From Alphaproteobacteria bacterium (GTDB taxonomy: Bacteria > Pseudomonadota > Alphaproteobacteria > UBA828): DNA of 64,000 nt. Position numbers and translations under genes: made by a program. The notes beneath the pieces are model-generated. The model was not told the DNA's origin. It made no database searches and saw only the letters and a list, made by a program, of their open reading frames with translations. Numbering within the stretch: position 1 is the first letter of the stretch; the number at the start of each line of letters is the position of its first letter. Shown here one piece after another: positions 1 through 10,076 of this stretch. The DNA lies in contig CAXXVO010000014.1 of assembly GCA_963422645.2 (NCBI GenBank), forward strand, positions 353,226-417,225. The letters run 5' to 3'.

Positions 1-409
1 ACAGCGCGTCGTGCGAGGCCCGGTAGCGCGATCGCGGCAGCAGCGCATCGAGGCCCAGCAGGCGGTACATCTCGCCGTAGACCTCGTGGACGCCAGTGAT
101 CAGGCGCTGCTCCTCTTCGAGTTGCTTGAGATCGACCGGGAGTTCCTGCTTGCCGTCGCCCTGGCGTCCGACGCGGATCACCTGGTCTGCGATCTTCTCG
201 GGCGCAAACAGCAAAGGCTGGCGCTGGTCCTCCAGCTTCGCCTTGACGTACTCGCCGAGCTGCCTCAGGCGCTCGAGCTCGTCCTCGTCCATGGCCACGC
301 CGATGTGGCGAACGATGCGCTGTCGGACCTTGCCGCCGTCGCGCACGGCCTCGACGAGCTGGACCGAGCGTCGCGGGCTGTTGGGCGTGGTCTTGATGCG
401 AACGAACAC
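1..409 (-). CDS. IS1634-family transposase, N-terminal part (runs off the window)
   Basis: Not in the ORF track. Manual translation from GTG at 409 gives MFVRIKTTPNSPRRSVQLVEAVRDGGKVRQRIVRHIGVAMDEDELERLRQLGEYVKAKLE, which resembles IS1634 transposase N-termini. Confidence 0.8.
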   Translation of the reverse strand, partial: MFVRIKTTPNSPRRSVQLVEAVRDGGKVRQRIVRHIGVAMDEDELERLRQLGEYVKAKLEDQRQPLLFAPEKIADQVIRVGRQGDGKQELPVDLKQLEEEQRLITGVHEVYGEMYRLLGLDALLPRSRYRASHDAL

Positions 410-566
410 GGGGAAAGTGTAGCGCGCGGCGGGGGTATCGACAACCACATATACCTACTAGGCACTACAAAGCGGCTTGACCGCACCGCAACTTCTAAGT
501 CATTGTCTTTGCAGAAAACTCCAGACGGGAGATCAGCCAAAATCCGGCCCAACCGTCGAAGTCAGG
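1..566 (-). mobile_element. IS1634-like element end, nested in element A copy 1
   Basis: Element A copy 1 matches copy 2 up to ...GATGCGGTT (567 vs 63977), then switches to CCTGACTTCGACGG..., which fixes the junction at 566/567. Confidence 0.75.
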
Positions 567-2796
567 AACCGCATCGATCCAACGGTCGCAGGCGTCGTTT
601 GCGAGGCCAAGAATGTGGACCCGCAGGAGGCCATTGCCAGGATCCGGCAGGATGTCGGCATCGGCGGTGAGCAGCGCTTGAAGCAGTTTCCGGGGATGGG
701 GCTTGTGGCCCTGCGCCTGCATGACGGGAAGCATCATGCGGGTTTCGGCGCGGTAGGCGATCATCCGGATGACGTCGAGGAGGAGGCGCTCGCGCGCGGG
801 CAAGGCATCGAGCTGCTCGGCTTCGTCGAGGTCGCCGGCCCGGCAGTGCTTGGGCGTCTCCCTGCGGCTGGCCCTGACGATGTCGCGGACATCCTGGAGG
901 TCCCTGACTTCCCTCCTGAGTTCCGCCGTCGGCTGCTTCTTCCGGGCCGTGTCGGCGATGCGGTTGCGCAGGCGGCCAAGCTGGCGGTCGAGGCGATGGA
1001 TTGCCTTGTCATAGGCCCGCCGCAGCGGGTTGACGACCATGGCGGCGGGATCGAGAGGCTCGAGCTCGTGGGTCGGCAGGGCGTCGAGATTGAACTCGTC
1101 ACGCATGTACTTGAAGAAGTTCTCCTGCGACCAGCGCGAGAACATGGCGCCCGCAACCTCAGCCATCGGCTTGTGCGGATCGGTGGTGATCAGCGGCACC
1201 TGACGGCCGTTGTCGAGCAGGCGGCGGATCTGGCGCACCCTGAAGCCGTTCGGCAACGTCACCGGCTTCTCAGCCAGCCGCATGGTGGCGCTGCCGTCCG
1301 CCGCCGGTCCGTGAATGGGAACGGTCATCGCGCCGAAGTCCTCGGCCGGCCAGTCCTCGCCCCTGAAGTTCTTGTGCCAGGTCAGGCAGGCGACGCCGCG
1401 CCTCGCCAGCCGGCGGAACAGATCCGGGCTCCAGCCCTCGCGGTCGAAGACCAGGGTGAGCGCCGGCTGGCCGGGATGCTCGGCGGTCAGGTCCGGCGCC
1501 CCGGCGCCAACGATCCCAAGCTCCTGCAGCGCCGGCACCACGTCGGCTTCGATGGCCGCGACCATCTTCGGGTCCAGCGGCTTGTGCAGACAGAGCAGCG
1601 GCTTGCCGCCCAGAGCGTTGATCCAGTAGCTGGCGCTCGCCGGCAGGCACAGCTTCTCGCGCGAGACGAAGTGCTTGGGCAAGCGCCCCTTGCGGCCGGA
1701 GTAGACCTTGACGTGCCCGTCGATGGCCAGCGTCGCCCAGAGCTCCGGCTCGTCGGCCTTGCCAGCGCCTGGCAAGGGCGAGCTGCCACGCCCGCACGCC
1801 GGCCTCGTCGTCGGCGATGAGAGCGATCTTGCGGCGCAGCGTCTTGACCTCGGGGCAGCGATCGAGGCCGAGAATGGCGCCCCATTCGCCCGGCGCCTGG
1901 TAGCGCAGGCTCTCGGGGTTGCGCACCCGCGCCAAGGTCATGAAGGCCAGGAAGAGCAGGATCGTAGGCAAGCCGTAATAGCCCTTCGGCAGCAATGGCA
2001 GGAGACCGGTCTCGGAGAGAAGACCTTCCTTCAGCAGGGCCGGCAGGGCGGCGAGCACGCCGCCGAAGCGGACACCGCGGGCGGCGGCGGCGAACTGCGG
2101 TTCGACCGGCCCCGCCTGTCCACAACTGGCCAGAACCCGAGCCGGAACATCGCAAGTCGCACGCCCCATCGGCGCCTGCCGGTCCCGCCGATCGCGCGCG
2201 CTGCGATCCGTTTGCGGCTGCGCTTCCAGCCCCGGCGCCGTCTCCGGCCCCGGGGCACCGGTACTCTCTTCATCGACACGGCCTTCAGGAGCCGCACCCG
2301 CGTCAGGCGGCGCAGCCAGCGCTGAGCGTCCGGGCTCCCCATCCGCCTCCGTGTTGCCGATCAGTCCCTGACGGCGCCACTTGTTGACCGATGGCGCTGA
2401 CACGCCGAGAACCCGGGCCGCCGCAGAGCCGCTCAGGCCCGATGCCAGCAACGCCGTCGCCTTCTCCGCCAACTCCGGAGTGAACACCGACGGCCCGCGA
2501 CCGCGCCGGGGCTTCATGAACCCCGCTTCGCCCTCGGCCAGGTAGCGCCGTCGTGCGCGCTGCACCGTCGCGCGCGAGACAGCGAAAGCGTCAGCCAGTT
2601 CCTGCGGCGAGACCGCGCTGATCGCCGCGAGGCGGCCGATCCGCAAGAGCATGGCCGTGCGGTCATCGGCGGCGTGGCTGTCAAAGGGAATGAGGTTGGA
2701 AAAGTAGGTGAAGGTGTCGTCCGAGATCAGGACGGCGAAGCAGCTGTTGCCGATCGAGACCGCCTCTGGAGGGCACATTGGGAGGGTACTGGGCAT
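567..2796 (-). pseudogene. Element A putative transposase, split by a frameshift near 1760 and truncated by IS1634
   Basis: ORF 1270..2796 has HTH-like segments. ORF 495..1775 has AIDGHVKVY, LVFDREGWS and RWSQENFFK DDE-like motifs. The two join by a 1-nt shift at TGGCAAGGCCGAC. Confidence 0.75.
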
Positions 2797-2951
2797 GGTT
2801 GAGACCGTGCAATTGGTATCAAATTATAATATCAGACCTCGGGCGCGACACCCAGCGAAAAACCGCCTGAAACAACCGAAATGTATCAGAATTCAAGGAG
2901 TTCCCGGCACGCTGCCCAGAACAGCCAGCATCACGAGGTCAGGAAGTCTGA
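567..2951 (-). mobile_element. Element A copy 1: unclassified IS with HTH + DDE-like transposase, interrupted by IS1634
   Basis: Near-identical inverted copy at 61714-64000. The shared sequence begins at TCAGACTTCCTGACCTCG. Confidence 0.85.
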
Positions 2952-2987
2952 AACTACCTGCTGGAGACTGGCGCCGCCGGCGCCTGA
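2952..2987 (+). pseudogene. C-terminal stub (NYLLETGAAGA*) of a gene cut by element A, probably hydantoinase/oxoprolinase A subunit
   Basis: Short in-frame tail ending just before the RBS of the hydantoinase B gene. Identity is inferred from the usual A-B gene order. Confidence 0.4.
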
Positions 2988-2998
2988 GGGAGGAAGCG

Positions 2999-3592
2999 AT
3001 GGCACAAGCACTCGCCGAGGCTGGGCGCGAGAACCGCATCAACCCGGTCCTGCTGCCGGTGATGGCAAACCGCATGGACGCGGTCTGCCGCGAGATGACC
3101 AACACCATGCTGCTGGCGGCGCGCTCTTCCGTCATCGGCATGGCGCGCGACTTCTCATGCGCGGTCATCACGTCCGACAACCAGGTGCTCGCCGTGGCCG
3201 AGGGCTTCCCTATCCACGTCTGGGGCACCAACATCCAGACCAAGTCGATGCAGGACCTGCATCCCGACTATGCCGAGGGCGATGCCTACCTGCACAACGA
3301 CCCCTACCTCGGCAACACCCACCCGGCCGACCACACCATCCTGGTGCCGGTGTTCCACGAGGGCGAGCACTTCTTCACCGTCGCGGTGAAGGCCCATCAG
3401 GCCGATGTCGGCAACAGCCTGCCCACCACCTACATGGCGCAAGCCGCGGACGTCTATCAGGAAGGCGCGCTGATCTTCCCCTGCGTACAGGTGCAACGCG
3501 ACTTCCAGGACATCGAAGACATCATCCGCATGTGCGAGCGCCGCATCCGCGTGCCCGAGCAGTGGTACGGCGATTATCTCGCCGCCGTCGGC
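2999..3592 (+). pseudogene. Hydantoinase B/oxoprolinase family protein, 3'-truncated by element B
   Basis: REMTNTMLLAARSSVI..RDFSCA, HNDPYLGNTHPAD, HQADVG and YQEG motifs. GGGAGG RBS. The reading frame runs into repeat B at 3593. Confidence 0.85.
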
Positions 3593-4467
3593 GTGAGCGC
3601 GCGCGGTCTTTCAGCGGGGATCGGGGCCTGATCCGCTCGGATTTGTTGAGGTTTTGGGGCGGGTGCCCCTCGGCGAACTTGCAAGAAGTTCGCCGGGGGG
3701 CTTTGTCTCGTGGTGACGGTCACAATCGCCAGAGACGGCCCCAATGTCGCACAACATTTTCCGCCACTCCATGCTTTGCAACGCCCTGGTCTGGGCCTGG
3801 CTGCGCGAGGTCGATGAGGCCGAGGCGGCGCGCTGCCGCGAGGCGGGCTGCCGACACTGCCCCGGCAAGCTGCACAGCGCGACGTATCCGCGCAAGCCGT
3901 ACGGTCTGGCAGCCGAGTTGAGGGAAGAGGGCACGCGGCGGTTCAGCTTCTGCTGCGCGGATTGCCGCCTGCGAGCGACCCCACCATCGGTACGATTCTT
4001 CGGGCGCCGCTTTTATCTGGGCGCCCTGTTCGTTCTGTTGAGTGCACTGGTTCTGAGAGGCGGGGTGCGGTTGCAGACGATCAAGCGGAAGTGGGGGGTC
4101 TCGGTCGCCACACTGCGCCGCTGGCGGAAGTGGTGGCTGGAGGCGTTCCCGGCGACGGAGCCCTGGGGAGCGAAGCGTGGCGAACTGGTGATGCCACCCG
4201 AGGAGGTGCCGCTGCTCTTCGTGCTGCGGCAGATGCGGGGCGGACGCTTCGGTGAGCGTCTGTTCCTGAGCCTGATCTGGTTCAAGCCGTGGACGGGCTA
4301 TTGCGGGCTCGGCGATGGCTCGGCGCCGCCCGCAGAAAGTGTTCCTGTCACGCCCGGATAGGGCGTTCTACATGGGCATCTCTCCGATGCGGCGAGGGAG
4401 GGATGCCGGAATGGACAAGGACGACGCAGGCGCCAGGCGCGAGAAGTGGGCCCGGCTGCGCTTTGCG
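3593..4467 (+). mobile_element. Element B copy 1: left-end fragment of a multi-gene DDE transposon, truncated by IS21
   Basis: 3593-4443 is nearly identical to 32167-33017. Contains a 205-aa ORF and a 19-codon transposase-like start (MDKDDAGARREKWARLRFA, 4411-4467). Confidence 0.75.
3744..4361 (+). CDS. Transposon-associated Cys-rich (Zn-ribbon/HTH-like) protein
   Basis: CRHCPGKLH..YPRKP, FSFCCADCRLR.TPPSVRFFGRR and VATLRRWRKWW segments. Identical ORF at 32318. Confidence 0.7.
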   Translation: MSHNIFRHSMLCNALVWAWLREVDEAEAARCREAGCRHCPGKLHSATYPRKPYGLAAELREEGTRRFSFCCADCRLRATPPSVRFFGRRFYLGALFVLLSALVLRGGVRLQTIKRKWGVSVATLRRWRKWWLEAFPATEPWGAKRGELVMPPEEVPLLFVLRQMRGGRFGERLFLSLIWFKPWTGYCGLGDGSAPPAESVPVTPG

Positions 4468-4586
4468 TGTTGTTAAGCGTGGAAAAGTGACCCCCTATTG
4501 GGGGTGATCGGCGTCCAAAATTGACCCCCTTGGATTTGTGTCCATGAACACACCTCGTCGTTTGGACGGACGGGGTGGTGGGGGAG

Positions 4587-6101
4587 ATGCTGGTTGTGGA
4601 AACGATCGCGAAGATCCGTCGGGATCATCTGGTGAAGGGCGTTCCGATCAAGAAGCTCGCCCGGGATTTGAGGGTTTCCAAGAACACGATACGCAAGGTG
4701 GTGCGGGGCGATGCGACCTCGCACAGCTACGAGCGCAAGATCCAGCCGATGCCGAAGCTTGGGCTGTGGGTGGAGGAGCTTGAGCGCCAGCTGAAGGCCA
4801 ACGAGAAGAAGGCACGCAAGGATCGGCTGTCTCTTCTGCGGATTCATGAAGACCTTGTGTCGCTGGGCTACAAGGGCGGCTATGACGCGGTTCGCCGCTA
4901 TGCCAGGGCCTGGCGGCGCCGGTGGCGGCTGTTGTCGCCGGCGCAGGCCTATGTGCCGCTGATCTTCGATCCCGGCGAGGCCTACCAGTTCGACTGGAGC
5001 CACGAGTACGCGCGTCTGTCGGGCGCGACGACCAGGGTGAAGGCGGCGCACATGCGGCTGTGCCACAGCCGGATGTATCTGGTCCAGATCTTTCCCCGCG
5101 AGAGCCAGGAGATGGTCTTCGAGGCGCACGAGCGTGCCTTCCGCTTCTTCGGCGGGGTCTGCCGGCGGGGCATCTACGACAACATGAAGACGGCGGTGAG
5201 CACGATCTTCGTGGGCAAGAAGCGGGACTACAACCGCCGCTTCCAGGAGCTGTGCTCGCACCATCTGGTGGAGCCTGTGGCGTGCACGCCAGGGGCTGGC
5301 TGGGAGAAGGGGCAGGTCGAGAAGCAGGTGGGTGACCTTCGCGGCCGCCTGTTCGTGCCCATCCCGCGGGGCCGCTCCTACGCCGAGATCAACGAGTGGC
5401 TGATGGATCGGTGCATCGAGGACGCCAAGAAGCATCCGCATCCGACAATCCCGGGCAAGACGGTGTGGCAGGTGTTCGAGGAGGAGCAGCCCTTCCTGAT
5501 GGCGTATCGCGGCCCCTTCGACGGCTTCCATGCCAGCGAGGTGTCGGTCTCGAAGACCTGTCTGGTGCGCTTCGACAACAACCAGTACAGCGTCGCGGCC
5601 CGCGCCGTCGGCCGGCCGGTGGACGTGCGGGCCTATGCCGATCGGATCGTCATCCGCCAGGACGGCGAGACCGTTGCCGAGCACCCCCGCAGCTTCGGGC
5701 GCGGCCGGTTCGTCTACGATCCGTGGCATTACGTGCCGATCCTGACGCGGAAGCCCGGCGCGCTACGCAATGGCGCGCCCTTCAAGGACTGGCAGTTGCC
5801 CAACGCGCTCGGCCGCCTGCGAACCCGGCTCGCGGGCCACGACGACGGCGACCGGCAGTTCGTCAAGGTGCTCGCGGCGGTGCTGGAGGACGGACTGGAG
5901 GCGGTTGAGGCGGCCTGTGCCGAGACGCTCGACTGCGGTGCCTGCAGCGCCGACGTGGTGCTCAACATCCTCGCCCGGCAGCGCCAGCCGGCACCGCCGG
6001 CAATCATCCCGACGCCCGAGGGCCTGCAGCTTCGCCACAAGCCGGTAGCCGACTGTCAGCGCTACGACAGCCTGAGGGAGGCCGGTCATGGAGCGTCATG
6101 A
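4587..6101 (+). CDS. istA: IS21 transposase IstA
   Basis: [12 protein letters not shown] start, [13 protein letters not shown] and GWEKGQVE motifs. Confidence 0.95.
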   Translation: MLVVETIAKIRRDHLVKGVPIKKLARDLRVSKNTIRKVVRGDATSHSYERKIQPMPKLGLWVEELERQLKANEKKARKDRLSLLRIHEDLVSLGYKGGYDAVRRYARAWRRRWRLLSPAQAYVPLIFDPGEAYQFDWSHEYARLSGATTRVKAAHMRLCHSRMYLVQIFPRESQEMVFEAHERAFRFFGGVCRRGIYDNMKTAVSTIFVGKKRDYNRRFQELCSHHLVEPVACTPGAGWEKGQVEKQVGDLRGRLFVPIPRGRSYAEINEWLMDRCIEDAKKHPHPTIPGKTVWQVFEEEQPFLMAYRGPFDGFHASEVSVSKTCLVRFDNNQYSVAARAVGRPVDVRAYADRIVIRQDGETVAEHPRSFGRGRFVYDPWHYVPILTRKPGALRNGAPFKDWQLPNALGRLRTRLAGHDDGDRQFVKVLAAVLEDGLEAVEAACAETLDCGACSADVVLNILARQRQPAPPAIIPTPEGLQLRHKPVADCQRYDSLREAGHGAS

Positions 6102-6816
6102 TGTGCTGGAGATGATGACCCAGCTGAAGCTCGCAGGTATGCGCGCCGCTTACGACGACATCCTTGCCGACGGGCTCAAGCGCCGCCATCCGGTGCAACA
6201 GATCATCGGTACGCTGCTGCAGGTCGAGATCGCCGACAAGAGGGCCCGCTCGATCAAGTACCAGATGGCCTCCGCCAAGCTGCCGACGGTCAAGGAGCTG
6301 GCCGACTTCGACTTCGCCGCCTCGCCGGTCAACGAGCCCCTGATCCAGGAGCTCGCCGGCGGCGGCTTCCTCGAGGGCAAACGCAACATCGTGCTGGTCG
6401 GCGGCACCGGTACCGGCAAGACCCATCTCGCCGTCGCCATCGCGCGGTCCTGCATCCGCAAGGGCGCGCGCGGCCGGTGCTACAACGTCGTCGACCTGGT
6501 CAACCTCCTCGAGGCCGAGCTTCGCGCCGGACGCCAGGGCCGCACTGCAGACCAGCTCGTCCGCCGCGACTTCGTCATCCTCGACGAGCTCGGCTACCTG
6601 CCCTTCGCCCAGGCCGGTGGGCAGCTGCTCTTCCATCTGATGAGCCGGCTCTACGAGCGCACCTCGATCGTCATCACCACAAACCTCGCCTTCGGCGAAT
6701 GGCCATCCGTCTTCGGCGACCCCAAGATGACCACAGCGCTGCTCGATCGCCTCACCCATCATTGCGAGATCATCGAGACCGGCAACGAGAGCTGGCGCTT
6801 CAAGAACCGCTCCTGA
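6088..6816 (+). CDS. istB: IS21 helper ATPase IstB
   Basis: Walker [28 protein letters not shown]. Confidence 0.95.
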   Translation: MERHDVLEMMTQLKLAGMRAAYDDILADGLKRRHPVQQIIGTLLQVEIADKRARSIKYQMASAKLPTVKELADFDFAASPVNEPLIQELAGGGFLEGKRNIVLVGGTGTGKTHLAVAIARSCIRKGARGRCYNVVDLVNLLEAELRAGRQGRTADQLVRRDFVILDELGYLPFAQAGGQLLFHLMSRLYERTSIVITTNLAFGEWPSVFGDPKMTTALLDRLTHHCEIIETGNESWRFKNRS

Positions 6817-7018
6817 CCCGCCGCCGGCCTCCCTTGCGGCCCGGTTGCCCCGGTGGGCCAACAGGGACCCCCCACGCGGCTTCGCTCCGCGTAGCGCAGG
6901 GCGCCACACGAAGCCGCGCGGGTCCCCCCTATTGGCTACCGGGACAACCTCCGCCGTGCCACTCAGGGGGGTCAATTTTGCACGCCGATCGGGGGTCAGT
7001 ATTGAAAGCCGATTGACA

Positions 7019-7615
7019 CTCCATGCGCTGGTGAGGGTTGATGAACCAGGCATCGCCGAGCCGGGCCGCGCGCTCGACCGCAGCGTCCGCGTTGGCGCCG
7101 AGCCAGATCGGCGGGTGCGGCTGCTGCATCGGCTTGAGCGATACGGTCGCGTCGTCGAGGGTGAAGTGGGAGCCCGCCATGCTGACGCCGTCCTCGGTCC
7201 AGAGGCGGACGACGGCCTCCAGGTTCTCCTCCAGACGCATCACCCGCTCGGCCTGGGTGGTGCCGAAGCCCTTGAACTCCACCTCGCGGTAGCCGAGGCC
7301 CGCGCCGAAGATCATGCGCCCGCCGGACATCACGTCGAGGGTCGCGACCTGCTCGGCGATATCCAAAGGCTTGTGCAGGGAGAGCAGGATGATCCCCGGC
7401 AGCAGGCGGCAGCGCGGCGCCTCGACCATGAGCCGCGCCAGCAGCGGCATCTGTTGATACTGCTGCAGCGGGTAGGCGGCGTAGTGCATGCCGGTCGCGA
7501 GAATGTCGAAGCCGAGCTCATCCGCGAGCCTCGCCCGGGTGCAGAGGTCCGCGAAATGCGCGTTCATGTCCTCGCCGCGGCGGAACTGGCCGCGGATAAA
7601 GAATCCGTACTTCAT
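7019..7615 (-). pseudogene. LLM-class flavin-dependent oxidoreductase, 3'-truncated by IS21
   Basis: AEQVATLDVMSGGR, GAGLGYREVEF and PHPPIWLGA motifs. The ORF enters the IS21 right end after about 199 aa. Confidence 0.85.
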
Positions 7616-7623
7616 GGTGCTCC

Positions 7624-8427
7624 TCAGTCCGACATCGGCTCCTGCGAGAGCGCGCGGAGGCAGTCGTCGTCGAGCGGCTCGATCGCCGACCAGTCGCGGG
7701 TGCAGTGGTGCTCGGCGCGTTCGAACCTGGTGGGCGGGTTATCGGTGGCGGCGACGTTGAGATAGAAGATGCGGCGCGGCCAGGGCGTGATGTTGCCGGC
7801 CGAACCGTGAACCATGTTGGCGTGGCTGATCAGCACCGAGCCGGCGGGACCGGTGACCTGCTCGATGCCGCCCGCGTCCACGATGTGGGTGAGGTGCTCG
7901 TCCGAGATGACGAAGAGCGTGTAGCCGGGCGATTCCTCGTTGTCCGCGGCCTCCGCGATCAGCCCGTAATGGTGCGAGCCCGGCACCAGCATGAGCGGAC
8001 CGTTGGCGGCGTTGGCCTCGTCCAGCAGGATCGCGACCATGAAGGCTCTGGGTTCCTTGAGCCCGTCGCGGTCCGACCAGGTGGCGTAGTCCTGATGCCA
8101 GTCCCACGGGCCGCCGTGGAACGCTGCCTTGGGGTTGAGGCGCGACTGGTGGATGTAGACCGGCCCTCCCATCAGCTCCTGCACCGGCTCCAGCCAGCGC
8201 GGATGGCACGAGAGGCGGTGGAACGCCTCGTTGAAGCGGTGGGCGCCGTAGACCAGCCTGACCGCGTCCGACTCTGACTCTGTCACCACCTCGGGGCCTT
8301 CGCGCGCCGCGACCGACTCGACCTCGGCCCGGACGGCGGCGATCTCGTCCTCCGAGAAGAGGGCGGGGAGGAGCAGGTACCCCTGGTCGTCGAATTCGCG
8401 CCGCTGGGCGTCGGTGAGCGCAGGCAT
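7624..8427 (-). CDS. Phytanoyl-CoA dioxygenase (PhyH/EctD-like) Fe(II)/2-oxoglutarate dioxygenase
   Basis: WHQD, NGPLMLVPGSH and HGSAGN..R motifs. Confidence 0.88.
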   Translation of the reverse strand: MPALTDAQRREFDDQGYLLLPALFSEDEIAAVRAEVESVAAREGPEVVTESESDAVRLVYGAHRFNEAFHRLSCHPRWLEPVQELMGGPVYIHQSRLNPKAAFHGGPWDWHQDYATWSDRDGLKEPRAFMVAILLDEANAANGPLMLVPGSHHYGLIAEAADNEESPGYTLFVISDEHLTHIVDAGGIEQVTGPAGSVLISHANMVHGSAGNITPWPRRIFYLNVAATDNPPTRFERAEHHCTRDWSAIEPLDDDCLRALSQEPMSD

Positions 8428-8487
8428 GGTCGGGATCCTAGTATCCTGTCCCGAAACGGAGGACGAATGATGCCAGCGTTCCTCTAA

Positions 8488-8577
8488 CGTCATTGCCGGG
8501 TTTGTCCCGGCAATCCACGGGGGCACCCCGGTCTCGCCCGGCGGGACGAGATGCCCGGAACAAGTCCGGGCATGACG
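8488..8577. repeat. REP-like inverted palindrome doublet
   Basis: CGTCATTGCCGGGTTTGTCCCGGCAATC ... GATGCCCGGAACAAGTCCGGGCATGACG. Related copy at 61431-61525. Confidence 0.8.
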
Positions 8578-8615
8578 GTAGGAGGATTGAGTAGTGCATG
8601 CGTTCGCCCCGGACC

Positions 8616-9320
8616 CTAGCCGCCCATGCCGACGAACTCGGCGACGAGATCGGGATCGGAGAGCTGCGACGGCGAGACCTCGCTGGTGAACTGGCCGCGC
8701 TGGATGATAAGCACGCGCTGGGACAGCTCGGCGATGAAGTCGAGGTTCTGCTCGACCAGGACGACGGTGAGCTTGCGCCGCGCCTGGAGGGTCTTGAGGA
8801 TCTCCACGATCTCTTCGACGATCGAGGGCTGGATGCCTTCGGTCGGCTCGTCGAGGAGGATCAGGCGGGGGCGCCCGCAGAGGCAGCGCGCCAGCGCCAG
8901 AATTTGCTGCTCGCCGCCGGAGAGCACACGGCCCGCGCGGTCGAGCAGGGGCTTGAGGCGCGGGAACTCCTCGAGCACCTCCTCGAGCACCTCCTGCTCG
9001 TCCACCTTCTGCACCGCGAAGCCCAGCCTGAGATTGTCGCGCACGCTCACGTTGGGGAAGATCTCGCGCCCCTGCGGCACGTAGCCGATGCCGCGCCGGC
9101 TGCGCTTGTGCGGCGCCTCCCGCGTGATCGCCTCGCCCTCGAAGGTGATCGATCCGTCGGTGGTCTTGACCAGGCCGATCAGGGTCTTGAGCAAGGTGGT
9201 CTTGCCCATCCCGTTGTGGCCCAGGATGCCGACGAACTCGCCCTCCGCCACCTGGAGGTCGATGCCGTGCAGGATCGGGATCCTGCCGTAGCTCGCGCGG
9301 ATGCCTTCGGCGCTCAGCAT
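8616..9320 (-). CDS. Urea/amide-type ABC transporter ATPase (UrtE/LivF-like)
   Basis: GHNGMGKTT, LSGGEQQ, LDEPTEGIQPS. Confidence 0.9.
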   Translation of the reverse strand: MLSAEGIRASYGRIPILHGIDLQVAEGEFVGILGHNGMGKTTLLKTLIGLVKTTDGSITFEGEAITREAPHKRSRRGIGYVPQGREIFPNVSVRDNLRLGFAVQKVDEQEVLEEVLEEFPRLKPLLDRAGRVLSGGEQQILALARCLCGRPRLILLDEPTEGIQPSIVEEIVEILKTLQARRKLTVVLVEQNLDFIAELSQRVLIIQRGQFTSEVSPSQLSDPDLVAEFVGMGG

Positions 9321-9323
9321 GGT

Positions 9324-10076
9324 TCAGGCCGCGTGCTGCTTGCCGAGATAGATGTCGCGCACCTGCTGGTTCTTCTCCAGGTTCGCCATGGTGTCCTCGA
9401 TCAGGATCGCTCCTTGATGGAACACGGTCACCCGCTTCGCGATCGACTTGATGAACTGCATGTCGTGCTCGACGACGATCATCGACGTGGTCTTGTTGAT
9501 TTCGAGAATCAGGTCGGTGGTCTGATTGACCTCTTCATGGGTCATGCCCGCCGTCGGCTCGTCGAGCAGGATCAGCTCGGGCTCGCCGGTGAGCACGGTG
9601 CCAAGCTCCACCCGTTGGCGCTCGCCGTGGGCGAGCTGGCCGACGACGCGACGCGCGAGTTCGCTGAGGCGCAGCCGCTCCAGAATCTCGTCGACGATGC
9701 GGTTGGCCTCGCGGCGGCTGTGATGACGCCGGGCCGCGACCCAGATGTTCTCGTGGACGCTCAAGCCGTCGAAGACGCTCGGCACTTGCGTCTTGATGCC
9801 GATACCGCGGCGCGCGATCTGGTAGGTGTGGGAGCCGGTGATGTCGGTGCCCCGGAAGTGGACCCGCCCGGCGGACGCCTTGTACTGGTGGGTCAGGCAC
9901 TTGAAGAAGGTGCTCTTGCCGGCGCCGTTGGGGCCGATCAGGCAGCGGAGCTCACCCTCGGACATGGAGAAATCCACGTTGTCGACCGCGACCACACCAC
10001 CGAAACGCATGGTCAGCCCGTGCGTCTCCAGGATGGGCATTGCGTCGGTCGTCGCTGCCGCCGCTGCGTCGGTCAC
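9324..10076 (-). CDS. ABC transporter ATPase (UrtD/LivG-like)
   Basis: GPNGAGKST, LAHGERQ, LDEPTAGMT. GTG start chosen at the overlap with the upstream gene. Confidence 0.88.
   Translation of the reverse strand: MTDAAAAATTDAMPILETHGLTMRFGGVVAVDNVDFSMSEGELRCLIGPNGAGKSTFFKCLTHQYKASAGRVHFRGTDITGSHTYQIARRGIGIKTQVPSVFDGLSVHENIWVAARRHHSRREANRIVDEILERLRLSELARRVVGQLAHGERQRVELGTVLTGEPELILLDEPTAGMTHEEVNQTTDLILEINKTTSMIVVEHDMQFIKSIAKRVTVFHQGAILIEDTMANLEKNQQVRDIYLGKQHAA

Larger units (their letters stand above)
4468..7018 (+). mobile_element. IS21-family insertion sequence
   Basis: TG...CA ends with repeated TGACCCC sites at equal 20-nt spacing from each end. Carries istA and istB. Flanks show no target duplication. 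Confidence 0.92.
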
